Shown here: positions 17,999 to 27,866 of the stretch, piece after piece
Layout: every line of letters begins with the position of its first letter
How positions within the stretch are numbered: the first letter of the stretch is position 1
NCBI GenBank assembly: GCA_965262235.1
Contig: OZ253504.1
Coordinates: 3,361,684-3,425,683 of the forward strand
Direction: 5' to 3'
Source of the DNA: Dehalococcoidia bacterium
GTDB lineage: Bacteria; Chloroflexota; Dehalococcoidia; Bin125
DNA length: 64,000 bases
Position numbers and translations under genes: made by a program
Notes under the pieces: generated by a model
What the model saw: only the letters and a program-made list of their open reading frames with translations
Told to the model about the DNA's origin: nothing
Database searches by the model: none

Positions 17999-18940
17999 TC
18001 AGGCTCCATGTGGTCTGTGGGCGGGGTCGTTGGACGTGTGTTTGGGCACGTGCTGGGCCACGCGGACGATCTGCACGCGGCCGGCGCTGCTGCGACCATA
18101 CCGCCGCACCAGCCCGGCCATCGCGTTGCCGGGGCCGAGGGTGAGGTAGCGCTCGACGCCGTGGCGGTCGAGCGTCTCGATCACGCGCAGCCACTCGACG
18201 GGACGTGAGTACTGGCCGCGCAGCTCGGCCCTGAGCTGCTCTGCGGTCTCGATCAGCTGGCCGGCTGCGTTGCCGACCATCGGGGTGAACCGGTCGGCGA
18301 TCTTAAGTTCGTCGATCCAGCGCTCGTTGCGACGGTCGGAGGCGGCGAAGTCGTCGGTGTGGAAGGCGCCGGCGACGCGCAGCTCGACGGCTTGCGCCTC
18401 GGCCGCCTGCACCTCCCTGAGCGCCGCCCTCAGCGCCGCCTGCGGACCGCCGAGGACGGTCTGGTCGCTGGCGTTGTGGTTGGCCAGCACGGCGCCGGTG
18501 CGAGCGGCGAGCGCCTCGGCCTGCTCGCGATTCGCGCCGACCAGCGCCATCATGCCGCCCGCGCCGACGGCACAGGCCTGGTCCATCTCACGGCCGCAGG
18601 CGTAGGCGAAGCGGAGGCCTCGCTCGAGCGTGACGGCCCCGCTGAGCACCATCGCGGCGTTGAGGCCGGAGGAGTGGCCGGTGACGAAGTCGACGCGCTC
18701 GTCGAGCCGGGCGGCGCGCCATTCGGCGACGGCCCAGCAGACGAGGTAGGGCTGGAGGCGGGAGGGCCGCCGAAGCTCGATTTCAGCCTCGCGCGATTCG
18801 TCGAGGCCGAGCTTCCAGAGGTCAACGCCCGCGATCGCTGAGGCGGCGTCGAATACGTCCTGCGCAGCGGCAGGGAGGTCGGCGAGTCCGCCGACGCGCT
18901 GCGCGCCCTGACCGGGGCAGATCAGCGCCGCTGCGGCCAT
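17999..18940 (-). CDS. Malonyl-CoA:ACP transacylase-like acyltransferase (FabD family).
   Basis: CPGQGAQ...GHSSGLNAA (GHSxG) acyltransferase motifs. The stop lies 2 nt from the nitroreductase start, suggesting an operon. Confidence 0.7.
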   Translation of the reverse strand: MAAAALICPGQGAQRVGGLADLPAAAQDVFDAASAIAGVDLWKLGLDESREAEIELRRPSRLQPYLVCWAVAEWRAARLDERVDFVTGHSSGLNAAMVLSGAVTLERGLRFAYACGREMDQACAVGAGGMMALVGANREQAEALAARTGAVLANHNASDQTVLGGPQAALRAALREVQAAEAQAVELRVAGAFHTDDFAASDRRNERWIDELKIADRFTPMVGNAAGQLIETAEQLRAELRGQYSRPVEWLRVIETLDRHGVERYLTLGPGNAMAGLVRRYGRSSAGRVQIVRVAQHVPKHTSNDPAHRPHGA

Positions 18941-18971
18941 CGTGGCTCGGGTAACGGCGCTACGGCTCGGA

Positions 18972-19379
18972 TTAGCCCCCGGCCGCCTGCATGAGGTACT
19001 GCGGGCCCATGTCGGTCAGCTCGATGATGTTGCCGTCGGGGTCCTTGCAGAAGGCGGCCCAGATGTCGTCGATTTCGCGGTGGTTGGGCTCAACCATGAC
19101 CTCGACGCCGGCCTCGCGCAGGCGCTCGACCTCACTGTGGAAGTCCTCGCGGGGGATGTAGAGCGCGAAGTGCGGGCCGATGCCCTCGCCAGCGCCGGCG
19201 TCGTTCTCGCGCTGCATCAGGTGCAGCTGCAAGGTGCCGACGACGTACCACTCGCCGGGGAAGCCGAAGTCGGGGCGATTGACGGTCTCCAGGCCCAACT
19301 GCTCTCCGTAGAAGTGGCGCGACTCTTCGACGTTCGACACACAGATCGCGACGTGACTGTATCCGGCTACGGCTGCCAT
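18972..19379 (-). CDS. VOC/glyoxalase-family protein.
   Basis: HVAICVSNVEESRHFYGEQLGL...HFALYIP...GVEVMVEP is the paired beta-alpha-beta-beta-beta VOC fold. The start is at the ATG giving MAAVAGY. Confidence 0.7.
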   Translation of the reverse strand: MAAVAGYSHVAICVSNVEESRHFYGEQLGLETVNRPDFGFPGEWYVVGTLQLHLMQRENDAGAGEGIGPHFALYIPREDFHSEVERLREAGVEVMVEPNHREIDDIWAAFCKDPDGNIIELTDMGPQYLMQAAGG

Positions 19380-19522
19380 CTCGAACCTCCTCCGCGCCCG
19401 TGCGCGTGCGCTGTTGAATCGGCTGGCATGGTACAGCTTCTGCACGTGGGCGATCGGCGACTTTACGCGCGATTGGTAGGCTGACCTCGCGGCAGCGAGC
19501 GCCGCGAACGTCAGGCGAGCCG

Positions 19523-21121
19523 ATGTCCGAGGCCCTCCCGCCGCCCCCGCCGTTCGACCCGAGCGGCGCAACGTCGTCCGGCGTCCCGTCCGCGCCGCCG
19601 CCAGCCAGCGCGGGCCCGCCGGTACCGCCGCCGCCGCCCGCGCCATCGCTTCAGCCGAGCGAGCCAGATGGGCCACAGGTTCCGCATGAGCCACGGGTTT
19701 CACGGGGGCCGCGTCGCAGCGTGGTGGGGCTGTTGATGCTGGTGATGCTGCTCGCGGCCTTTGCGTTGGGCGGGGGCGTGTTACGAATCGTTGATCCGCC
19801 GGACGACGGCAGCGCGTTCCTGCGCAGCACGCGCGGCGGCGTGGCGGTGGCCGCGCCGGCGACGGACGAGCCCAGCCCCCGAGCCACGGCCGCACCCGTC
19901 GTCGCGCGCGACTCGCGCTTCGCGATCCTCGACGAGGTCTACGACGTGCTCGACCGCGACTTCGTCGAGCCGGAGACGTTCGAATCGACCGACCTGCGGC
20001 GCGCGGCGATCAATGGGATCATCGACGCGCTCGGGGACCCGCACATGGCGTTCATCGACGCCGAGACCTACCGGCTCTCGTCAGAGGACATCGGCGGCTC
20101 GTTCGAGGGGATCGGCTGCACGGTCAACGACTTTGACGGGGAGATCACGATCGTGACGGTGTTCGCGGGATCGCCGGCGCAGGACGCCGGCGTGCGCAAC
20201 GGCGACGTGATTCTCGAGGTCGATGGCGAATCGATCGATGACTGGAGCCTGCAGGAGGCAGTGCAGCGGATTCGCGGGCCCTCGGGCACGATCGTCGAGC
20301 TGCTCGTGCGGCACACCGACCAGACCGAGGAGTTGCTGCCGATCACGCGCGACCGGATCGTGGTGCCGAGCGTGCGCTCCCTCCCGATCACCGATCGCGA
20401 CGGGAACCCGGTGGCAGACATCGGCTTCATCTGGATTTCGCAGTTCACCGAGGACACGCGGCCGGAGATCGTCAGCCTGCTCGAGGCGGCGCAGACGGCG
20501 GGGCTGTCGAAGATCATCATCGACCTGCGCAACAACCCGGGCGGCCTGCTGCGGGCGACGGTCGAGACGACGGGCGAGTTCGTTGATCAAGAGATCATCC
20601 TGCGCGAGATTCACCGCGACGGGGAGGAACAGATCTTCCGCGACGAGCCTGGCGGTGAGGGTCTCGAGATGGAGATCGTGATCCTGCTCAACGGGGCGTC
20701 GGCATCTGGCTCGGAAGTGATGGCGGCTGCGCTGCGCGACCACGGACGAGCGGTGCTGATCGGCCAGGTGACATCGGGTAAGGGCACGGTCAACGTGCCG
20801 CGGCGGCTCTCGGATGGCAGCGTGCTTTATGTCAGCACCGCGCGCTGGATCTCGCCGGACGGCACGCTGATCGAGGGGATCGGCGTGATTCCCGACATCG
20901 AGGTTGCGCAGCCGGACACCGGCTTCGAGGCGGGCATCGACGTGCAGTTGATGACGGCGATCGATTATCTGCGCGGCGAGTGGCAGCCAGGGGGCGCAAC
21001 CAGCGATGATGAGTCGGATGGGGAGTCCGACGAACCGGCCGAGGATGGGGAGTCCGACGCCACGCCGGATGCCGACAGCCCCGAGGCGAACACACCTGAG
21101 GATCAGCAATCAGAGGAATGA
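19523..21121 (+). CDS. ctpA: Carboxyl-terminal processing peptidase (S41 family) with a PDZ domain and a Pro-rich N-terminus.
   Basis: PDZ (GIGCTV...GSPAQDAGVRNGDVILEVDG) plus S41 catalytic region (IIDLRNNPGG...NGASASGSEVMAAALRD...GKG). N-terminal TM helix and acidic C-terminal tail. Confidence 0.85.
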   Translation: MSEALPPPPPFDPSGATSSGVPSAPPPASAGPPVPPPPPAPSLQPSEPDGPQVPHEPRVSRGPRRSVVGLLMLVMLLAAFALGGGVLRIVDPPDDGSAFLRSTRGGVAVAAPATDEPSPRATAAPVVARDSRFAILDEVYDVLDRDFVEPETFESTDLRRAAINGIIDALGDPHMAFIDAETYRLSSEDIGGSFEGIGCTVNDFDGEITIVTVFAGSPAQDAGVRNGDVILEVDGESIDDWSLQEAVQRIRGPSGTIVELLVRHTDQTEELLPITRDRIVVPSVRSLPITDRDGNPVADIGFIWISQFTEDTRPEIVSLLEAAQTAGLSKIIIDLRNNPGGLLRATVETTGEFVDQEIILREIHRDGEEQIFRDEPGGEGLEMEIVILLNGASASGSEVMAAALRDHGRAVLIGQVTSGKGTVNVPRRLSDGSVLYVSTARWISPDGTLIEGIGVIPDIEVAQPDTGFEAGIDVQLMTAIDYLRGEWQPGGATSDDESDGESDEPAEDGESDATPDADSPEANTPEDQQSEE

Positions 21122-21133
21122 GCAGGAACTGAA

Positions 21134-21979
21134 ATGACAACTGGCGACGGCTGGGCCCGACCTGAGCTGCTGTGCGACACCGACTGGCTCGCGGAGCACA
21201 TTGACGACGATGACGTGGTGGTGCTGGACTGCGATGTGCTGCCCTCGTATCAGCGGCTGCACATCCCCGGATCGATCTGGTCGCTCTCGCGCTACTGGAA
21301 GACCGACCCGAAGGACGATTCGCAGATCTACGGGATGGACGACCCGGCGCAGTTTGCGGCGCTGCTCTCCGGGATGGGGATCACGCCCGACACGCAGGTG
21401 GTCGCCTACGACGCGTCGGGCTGCCTCTACGCGGCGCGGGTGTGGTGGACGTTTGAGCGGTTCGGACACACCAACTTCAGGATTCTCGATGGCGGCCTGG
21501 ACAAGTGGTACGCGGAGGGCCGGCCGCTGGCCAACGACAACCCGCGAGCGGTGCGCAGCGAGTACCCGGCGCCGGCGGCGGCGCGCAGCGACTCGGTCTG
21601 CAGGCTCGACGACATCCCCGCGCTGATCGAGGACGAGAACCACGTCTTCTGGGACGTGCGCTCGGACGGCGAATGGACGGGCGCGAACAAGCGCGGCACG
21701 CAGCGCGGCGGGCGCATCCCGGGGGCGGTGCATCTGGAGTGGCTGCACACGCTGGAGTCGCCGGTGCGGACGCTGAAGTCGCCCGCGGTGCTGCGCGAGA
21801 TGCTCGGCGAGCTGGGGATCACGCCGGACAAGCGCGTGACGACGTATTGACAGGGCGGCATCCGTGCGGCGCACGGATACTTCCTGCTGCGACTGCTCGG
21901 CTGGGACCACGCGGCGAACTATGACGCCTCGTGGCACGAGTACGGCAACGCGCTCGAGCACCCGATGGAGACCGAGTAG
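21134..21979 (+). CDS. Two-domain rhodanese (thiosulfate/3-mercaptopyruvate sulfurtransferase-like) with an in-frame TGA (candidate selenocysteine) at the catalytic-Cys position.
   Basis: Annotated ORF 21134..21850 ends ...KRVTTY-TGA (21848-21850). The same frame continues QGGIRAAHGYFLLRLLGWDHAANYDASWHEYGNALEHPMETE-TAG (21977-21979). TY-U-QGGIRAAH aligns with the rhodanese active-site loop TY-C-R.G.R..H. The tail matches the conserved ...NYDGSWxEWG... C-terminus. A perfect 7-bp hairpin ATCCGTG-cggcg-CACGGAT lies at 21860-21878, 10 nt after the UGA. Confidence 0.65.
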
Positions 21980-22059
21980 GCGGGGCGCTCGGATCGACCC
22001 GGTGCGCGCCTGAGTCGATGGGCTGGGCCGCCGAGGCGAGCGGCGTTCGGAATCCTCTG

Positions 22060-22400
22060 AACAAGTCGGATCCCCTCTCCCCCCGCTTCGCGGGGGGAGA
22101 TGTCACGGAGTGACAGAGGGGGGCAGCCCCAGTTGGCCAGATACAGCCACGCCGGTGAGTCGGGACCGCAGCCCCCCTCTGCTCCCTGCCTGTGCGGGGG
22201 CAGGCTGCGGCATCTCCCCCTCAGAGACCTGCGCGTAAGTCCCACTGCTCCGACCTTCCCTGCCGATGGCGGTGTCACGAAGTGAAGGTGGGGAGCTTCC
22301 GTTATCTGGTGAGGGCGCGCCCGGAGCCCCCCTCTGCCTGTGGCATCTCCCCCCGCGGAGCGGGGGGAGAGGGGAAATGGAGATTACGCGCAGGTCTCCT
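22060..22400. repeat. Cluster of palindromic repeat elements.
   Basis: GGATCCCCTCTCCCCCCGCTTCGCGGGGGGAGATGTCACGGAGTGACAGAGGGGGGCAGCC ... CATCTCCCCCCGCGGAGCGGGGGGAGAGGGG. Same family as at 1950, 35700, 39150 and 50250. Confidence 0.7.
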
Positions 22401-22480
22401 CGGGCGGCGACATTGTGACAGGGATCGGATGCCCCTGACGAGATTGAGCGGTCAGGGGATCCGGCTTGCTCAGAGCTTTG

Positions 22481-23638
22481 CTAGCTGCGCTCGAGCGCGG
22501 CAACGAGCGCGGCTTCGATTTCTTCGATTGGGGCGAAGGCTTCGAAGCGGGCGACCACCTGGCCGTCACCGTTGACGATGAACGTCCATTCGTCGGTGTG
22601 GAGCCCCCACTCTTCGAGCAAGGGGGTCCGCTGGGGCGGCTCGCCGCGGCGCACGTTGAGCGGGTTTTCGTAGAGATCGACGTGGATGTAGCGAACGCCG
22701 GCGGGATACAGCAGGCGCAGCTCGCTGAGCACTTCGACCTGCGGGCCGCAGAACGCGTTGGTGCAGAAGCCGGGGCTGGCGAAGACGACGACGAACGGTT
22801 CGCCGTTCTCAAGCGCCTCGGCGATCGTGAGTTCGTAGAGCATCGCGTCGGGCTCGGCGGCGGTCGAGAGCTCCTCGGCGCCGGCGACATCGCGCAGGGT
22901 GCGGTTGATCGATGCCGGCGGCTGCTCGCCGACGGAGGGCGCGAGCGTGTTCTCGCGCACGGTGATCGCGATTGGGATGTCGATGAAGCCATCGAGGCTC
23001 GGGGTGCGGATGTTGATCACCCAGTCGCCGGCCTGGCCGAACGTCAGCTGCGCGACATGGAAGCCGCGGATGCCGTCGGGGAAGAGCGTGTAGGCGGCGA
23101 GCGCATCGCTGGCCGACTCAGGGCCGGTGGCGACGGGCCAGTAGCTGAGCGCCAACGCGGGGAACTCGACGAGGCCGTCGTCGCTCTCCACCACGACGCT
23201 GACGCGGTTTTGACCAAGGCCGAGGTCGGGCGTTCCAAGTGAGACGGAGAACCCCTCGGGGCTGAGGTAGACGGGGTAGCCGCCGTCGGTCAGCAGCGCC
23301 AGGCGCGGGCTGAGCTCGTCCACGGGGACGGGCTGCAGCGCGTTGACCGTGGAGACTGTCGCGTCGCCGGACTGCTCGGCGGCGGTCTGCGACTGGTCGG
23401 CCTGCGAGTCGTGCTGTTGGGCGGCCTGCTGCGCGGCGGGCTGGTCAGCGTCAGCCGCTTCGGCTGGGGTTTGCTGCTGTGCCTGGTCCTGGGACTGTTG
23501 GGCCTCCGGCGCGGCGGGAGCGGAGGAGGCCGCTTGTTGCGGATCATCGCCGCCGCTGCCGCAGGCGGCGAGCAGCAGGCCCACGACGAGCGCGCCACCG
23601 ATCAGCGCGCCACCAATCGGGAATCGCAGAGACATCAT
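22481..23638 (-). CDS. Thioredoxin-fold lipoprotein (TlpA/redoxin-like) with a Gln-rich linker.
   Basis: Lipobox LLLAACGSGG and a low-complexity AQQ-rich linker. C-terminal ...FVVVFASPGFCTNAFCGPQ (CxxxC in a thioredoxin-like beta-alpha context). Confidence 0.55.
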   Translation of the reverse strand: MMSLRFPIGGALIGGALVVGLLLAACGSGGDDPQQAASSAPAAPEAQQSQDQAQQQTPAEAADADQPAAQQAAQQHDSQADQSQTAAEQSGDATVSTVNALQPVPVDELSPRLALLTDGGYPVYLSPEGFSVSLGTPDLGLGQNRVSVVVESDDGLVEFPALALSYWPVATGPESASDALAAYTLFPDGIRGFHVAQLTFGQAGDWVINIRTPSLDGFIDIPIAITVRENTLAPSVGEQPPASINRTLRDVAGAEELSTAAEPDAMLYELTIAEALENGEPFVVVFASPGFCTNAFCGPQVEVLSELRLLYPAGVRYIHVDLYENPLNVRRGEPPQRTPLLEEWGLHTDEWTFIVNGDGQVVARFEAFAPIEEIEAALVAALERS

Positions 23639-25152
23639 TCACCGCCCAGGTAGGAACCGAACGTGAAGGCGAAGATCGCCAGTTGGTTGGAGTTCGAGCG
23701 CAGTTTCAGTTCGTGGGTGCTCCACTCGGGCAGCTTCACGAGGCGAAAGAGATCGTTCTTCGTGACGCGCACGAAGGAGCGCCCGTCGCCATCGAAACTG
23801 ATGTCGTCGCCCGCCTCGGCGGGCTCGAGCCAGCGGCCGTCCATCTCGATCAAGACATCGAAGGGCTGCGCGCCGTCTTCGAGTGTCAGCACGACGTTGA
23901 CGGTGCGCGCGGTGAACGTGAAGGCGAGGTAGTCCTCGAGATCGTTGGTGTTGCGCGCATGCACGATCGCTTCGGCGGTGTTGCGCCAGAGGCCCTGCAG
24001 GTACCACTTGTTGGCCTGCCGTCCGCTGGCGTCCTCGATGTCGGTGTACTGCTGGGCGACGTTGGAGGTGAGGTAGAACTCGGGCTGCGCGGCGTACTGG
24101 ATGCGGCCGTAGTTGCGGTCGGTGCCGCCGTAGAGCTCGCGGGTCTGGTTCAGCGAGACGGGGTCGCGCTGGGGGGCCACGGCGGAGGTGCCCTCCTCGA
24201 CGCCGCTCAGGTCCCAGCCGGCTTCCTCGAGGAGCTCGCGGATCGCCCGCTCGGTTTCGAGATAGTCGCCTTCGCCGAAGTGCTGGTAGCGGACGCTCAT
24301 GTCCGGGGCGATCAGATATTTGGCCGGCCAGTAGCGATTGTTGAAGGCGCGCCAAGTGCGGAAGTCGTTGTCCTGCGCGACCACGTACTCGATGCCGTAC
24401 TGCTCGATCGCTTGCTCGACGTTGGCGCGCACTTTCTCGAACTCGAACTCGGGCGAGTGCACGCCGATGATCGTGAGGCCGCGGTCGCCGTACTTCGCCT
24501 GCCATTCGACGAGGAAGGGCAGGGTGCGGATGCAGTTGACGCAGGTGTAAGTCCAGAAGTCGATCAGGACGACGTTGCCCTTGGCGAGCTCGAGCGCGAT
24601 TGAGGTCTCCTCGCCGTTGAGCCAGGCGTTGACGCCGCGCAGGTCGCTGACGGAGGCATCGGCGGCGATCTCTTCGGCACGCAATCGCAGTCGCTCGGCT
24701 TCGTCGGGGGCGACCTCCTGCTCGGCCTGCATTTCGGCCTCGTCTTCCGCCTGCGCTTCTGCTTGCTCTTCTTCCTGCAGATCGTCCTTGCTGGGCTGCG
24801 CGGCCTGCTGCTGGGTTCCGTCGTCGTCGTCGGAGTCCACGGTCGCGGCCGACTGCGCGTCGTCGTCTGCCGCGTCCTCTTGCTGCGCCGTCTGCTGCGC
24901 GGCTTGCTCCTGGCGGTCGTCGTCGGCCGGTTGCTCGGCGGCCGTTTGCTGCGACCGTTGTGCGGTTTGCTCCTGGCTGTCGGCGGCGGCCGGTTGCTCG
25001 GCGACCTGTTGTTGCTGCGTCTGCGCGGCCACCGCTGGCGTCGCGCTCTGCTGCGCCTGTTGATCGGCGTCCGACCCGCAGGCGGCCAGCGCGAGCGCGC
25101 CGATCACCAGTGCCGTTACGCCTGCAATCGCCCGAATCAGAAGTGGTTTCAT
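23635..25152 (-). CDS. DipZ C-terminal-domain-like thiol:disulfide oxidoreductase (thioredoxin-like CxxC plus a C-terminal beta domain).
   Basis: Lipoprotein signal LALAACGS, Gln/Asp-rich linker, then VVLIDFWTYTCVNCIRTLPFL...GVHSPEFEFEK, typical of the DipZ/ResA-like thioredoxin domain. It overlaps the downstream gene by 4 nt. Confidence 0.6.
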   Translation of the reverse strand: MKPLLIRAIAGVTALVIGALALAACGSDADQQAQQSATPAVAAQTQQQQVAEQPAAADSQEQTAQRSQQTAAEQPADDDRQEQAAQQTAQQEDAADDDAQSAATVDSDDDDGTQQQAAQPSKDDLQEEEQAEAQAEDEAEMQAEQEVAPDEAERLRLRAEEIAADASVSDLRGVNAWLNGEETSIALELAKGNVVLIDFWTYTCVNCIRTLPFLVEWQAKYGDRGLTIIGVHSPEFEFEKVRANVEQAIEQYGIEYVVAQDNDFRTWRAFNNRYWPAKYLIAPDMSVRYQHFGEGDYLETERAIRELLEEAGWDLSGVEEGTSAVAPQRDPVSLNQTRELYGGTDRNYGRIQYAAQPEFYLTSNVAQQYTDIEDASGRQANKWYLQGLWRNTAEAIVHARNTNDLEDYLAFTFTARTVNVVLTLEDGAQPFDVLIEMDGRWLEPAEAGDDISFDGDGRSFVRVTKNDLFRLVKLPEWSTHELKLRSNSNQLAIFAFTFGSYLGGE

Positions 25153-25188
25153 CTGCTCACCGTATCGCGATGCGGGCCGATGGGGGCC

Positions 25189-26145
25189 CTAGCCCGACGA
25201 CACCGCCCAGGCTCGAATGAGGGTATGCGCGATCGCCATGGGTCCCGGGAGCGAGAGCGCTCCGCCGCGCGCGGGCTCGCCGACGATGCTCGCCGGCGGG
25301 CCCTCCAGCGCTTCCATGATTTCGTCGCGGGTGAACCACTGCACGTCGTCCATCTCGAACTCGTCCATATTGATGGCCGAGGTCTCGGCGTCGGCGTGGC
25401 AGCCGATCATTAGCGACGCGGGGAAGGGCCAGGGCTGCGACGAGTGATAGTGGATGGCTTTCACTTCGATGCCGGCCTCCTCGCGAACCTCGCGGCGTAC
25501 GGCGTCCTCGATCGATTCGCCATGGTCGATGAATCCGGCCAGTGCGGAGAACATCCCCGCGGGCCAGCTCGCCTGTCGTCCGAGTAAGCATCGCCGTCCG
25601 TCGTTGACGACCGTGATCACGACTGGATCGGTTCTTGGAAAATGTTCGGCTGAACACTCGACGCACTTGCGCGAGATGCCGCCCTGGACGGGCGCGCTGC
25701 GTGCGCCGCAGACGGCGCAATGGCGATTGCGCGAATGCCAGTCGATCAGCGAGCGGGCCTGGGCGGCGATCCCCGCGTCGTCGGCGTCGAGGGTGACGGA
25801 GGCTTCGCGCAGGTCGGCGAACGCGGCCCCATCAGGGAGGTCCAGCGCGACCGATGGGTCGGCGGCGCCCGAGACGTTGATCGCGAAGCGGGCCGCGCCG
25901 CTCTCGTCGTCGACGCCGAGCAGCACGGGGAAGCTCTCGGGGTCGGCGTCTTCGAGGTCGCTGACGGGCGCCCAGGCGAGTCGCAGCGTGCCGGCGTCGT
26001 CGACGATCGGCACGGTCAGCCGGTACAACGGCAGCAGGCGGGTGGAATCGTCGGCGAGGCGGCTGCGAATCCAGTCCTCGTCGCGGCGTTGCGCGGCGAC
26101 CCGATCGAGCGGGTTGCCGGCGAAAGTGTTGCGCTGCTCGGGCAT
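25189..26145 (-). CDS. nudC: NAD+ diphosphatase (NADH pyrophosphatase), a NUDIX hydrolase with a Zn ribbon.
   Basis: Zn ribbon CAVCGARSAPVQGGISRKCVEC followed by the Nudix box GFIDHGESIEDAVRREVREEAGI. Confidence 0.8.
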   Translation of the reverse strand: MPEQRNTFAGNPLDRVAAQRRDEDWIRSRLADDSTRLLPLYRLTVPIVDDAGTLRLAWAPVSDLEDADPESFPVLLGVDDESGAARFAINVSGAADPSVALDLPDGAAFADLREASVTLDADDAGIAAQARSLIDWHSRNRHCAVCGARSAPVQGGISRKCVECSAEHFPRTDPVVITVVNDGRRCLLGRQASWPAGMFSALAGFIDHGESIEDAVRREVREEAGIEVKAIHYHSSQPWPFPASLMIGCHADAETSAINMDEFEMDDVQWFTRDEIMEALEGPPASIVGEPARGGALSLPGPMAIAHTLIRAWAVSSG

Positions 26146-26173
26146 TGAGTGACCCCTTGAGCTAATCAGTCAG

Positions 26174-27799
26174 CTAGTCGGTGGGCAATCCGTCGCCGAT
26201 CGCGAACTGGGTCGCGGCGGGTTCGCGCGGCAGGCCAGGCATGGTCATGATCTCGCCGGAGATGATCACGACGAAGCCCGCCCCGGCGGCGGGCCGGACC
26301 TCGCGGATCGTGAACTCGTGATCACGCGGACGGCCGAGCAGGGCGGGATCGTCGGAGAGCGAATACTGCGTCTTGGCCATGCAGATCGGCCAGGCCTCCA
26401 TGCCGAGGCGCCGGGCGCGGCGGAGCGTCAGCTCGGCGCGGCGCAGGTAGACGACCGAGCCCGCGCCGTAGACCTGGCGGGCGACCTTCTCGATCTTTTC
26501 GTGGAGCGGATCGTCGAGTTCATAGAGCGGTTGGAGCTGCGAGTCGCCGGCGTCAAGCGCGTCGCGGACGGTCTCGGCCAGTTCGGCGCAGGCTGCCGCG
26601 CCGCCGCCGTAGGGGTCGGCCACCGCCGCGCGGGCGTTGCGCGCGCGGCAGTGCGCGAGCACCGCGTCGACCTCCGCCTGGGTATCGCTGGGGAAGCGGT
26701 TGACCGCGACGACCGGGGTGACACCGTGGCGCTCGACGTTGTCGATGTGCGCGTCGAGGTTGACGAGGCCGGCCTCGAGCGCGGTGACATCCTCGATCTC
26801 CAGCTCTCGCGGGCCGCGGCCGCCGTGGCGCTTGATCGCGCGCGCAGTCGCGACGATCACGGCGACCTGCGGCTCGAAGCCGCCGACGCGGGTGACGACG
26901 TTGAAGAACTTCTCCGCGCCGAGGTCGGAGCCGAAGCCGGCCTCGGTGACGGTGATGTCGCTGGTCGCCAGCGAGGCGCGGGTGGCGGCGATGCTGTTGC
27001 AGCCAAGCGCGATGTTGGCGAACGGGCCGCCGTGGACGAAGGCGGGGCCGCCGTCGAGCGTCTGGACCAGGTTGGGCCGAATTGCCTGCTCGAGCAGCAC
27101 CGCCATCGCGCCGTCGACCTGGAGGTCGCGGCAGTGCACGGGCTGGATATCGCGCGTGTAGCCGACGATCACGTCGCCGAGGCGGCGGTGCAGGTCCTGG
27201 AGGTCGGAGGCGACCGAGAGGATCGCCATGACCTCGGAGGCGGGCGTGATGTCGAACGACTCCTCGCGGGGGATGCCGTCGGTCGTGCCGCCGAGACCGA
27301 TCACCGCGCCGCGCAGCGCGCGGTCGTTCATGTCGATGCAGCGATGCCAGGCGATTCGGCGCGGGTCGATCTGGTGCGGGTTGCCGTGGAAGATCGAGTT
27401 GTCAATTGCCGCGGCGAGCAGGTTGTTCGCGGCCGTCACGGCGTGCAGGTCGCCGGTGAAGTGCAGGTTGATGTCGTCGGACGGCTCGATGATCGAGAGC
27501 CCACCGCCGGTGCCGCCGCCCTTGATCCCGAAGACGGGCCCCATCGAGGGCTCGCGCAGGGCGACGGTCGCGCGCGCGCCGCCGGCGCGCAGCGCCTGGG
27601 TCAGCCCGATCGCCGTGGTCGTCTTGCCCTCGCCCGCGGTGGTCGGGGTCATGCCGGTCACGAGCACGAGTTTGCCCTGCGGCGCGTCGGCCAGGTTGGC
27701 CAGCGCGTCGGGCGTCAGCTTGGCCTTCGACTGCCCGTAGAGCTCGAGGTCGTCTTCGGCCAGGCCGAGGTCCGCCGCCACGTCCACAATCCGCCGCAT
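26174..27799 (-). CDS. fhs: Formate--tetrahydrofolate ligase (formyl-THF synthetase).
   Basis: LVTGMTPTTAGEGKTTTAIGLTQAL P-loop and overall FTHFS family conservation, 541 aa. Confidence 0.9.
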   Translation of the reverse strand: MRRIVDVAADLGLAEDDLELYGQSKAKLTPDALANLADAPQGKLVLVTGMTPTTAGEGKTTTAIGLTQALRAGGARATVALREPSMGPVFGIKGGGTGGGLSIIEPSDDINLHFTGDLHAVTAANNLLAAAIDNSIFHGNPHQIDPRRIAWHRCIDMNDRALRGAVIGLGGTTDGIPREESFDITPASEVMAILSVASDLQDLHRRLGDVIVGYTRDIQPVHCRDLQVDGAMAVLLEQAIRPNLVQTLDGGPAFVHGGPFANIALGCNSIAATRASLATSDITVTEAGFGSDLGAEKFFNVVTRVGGFEPQVAVIVATARAIKRHGGRGPRELEIEDVTALEAGLVNLDAHIDNVERHGVTPVVAVNRFPSDTQAEVDAVLAHCRARNARAAVADPYGGGAAACAELAETVRDALDAGDSQLQPLYELDDPLHEKIEKVARQVYGAGSVVYLRRAELTLRRARRLGMEAWPICMAKTQYSLSDDPALLGRPRDHEFTIREVRPAAGAGFVVIISGEIMTMPGLPREPAATQFAIGDGLPTD

Positions 27800-27866
27800 T
27801 CCATCACCCCTCTGCCCGGCGCGTGAGGCCGAGAGCCTGCGCTGCGGCGCTTAATCTACCCCACGC

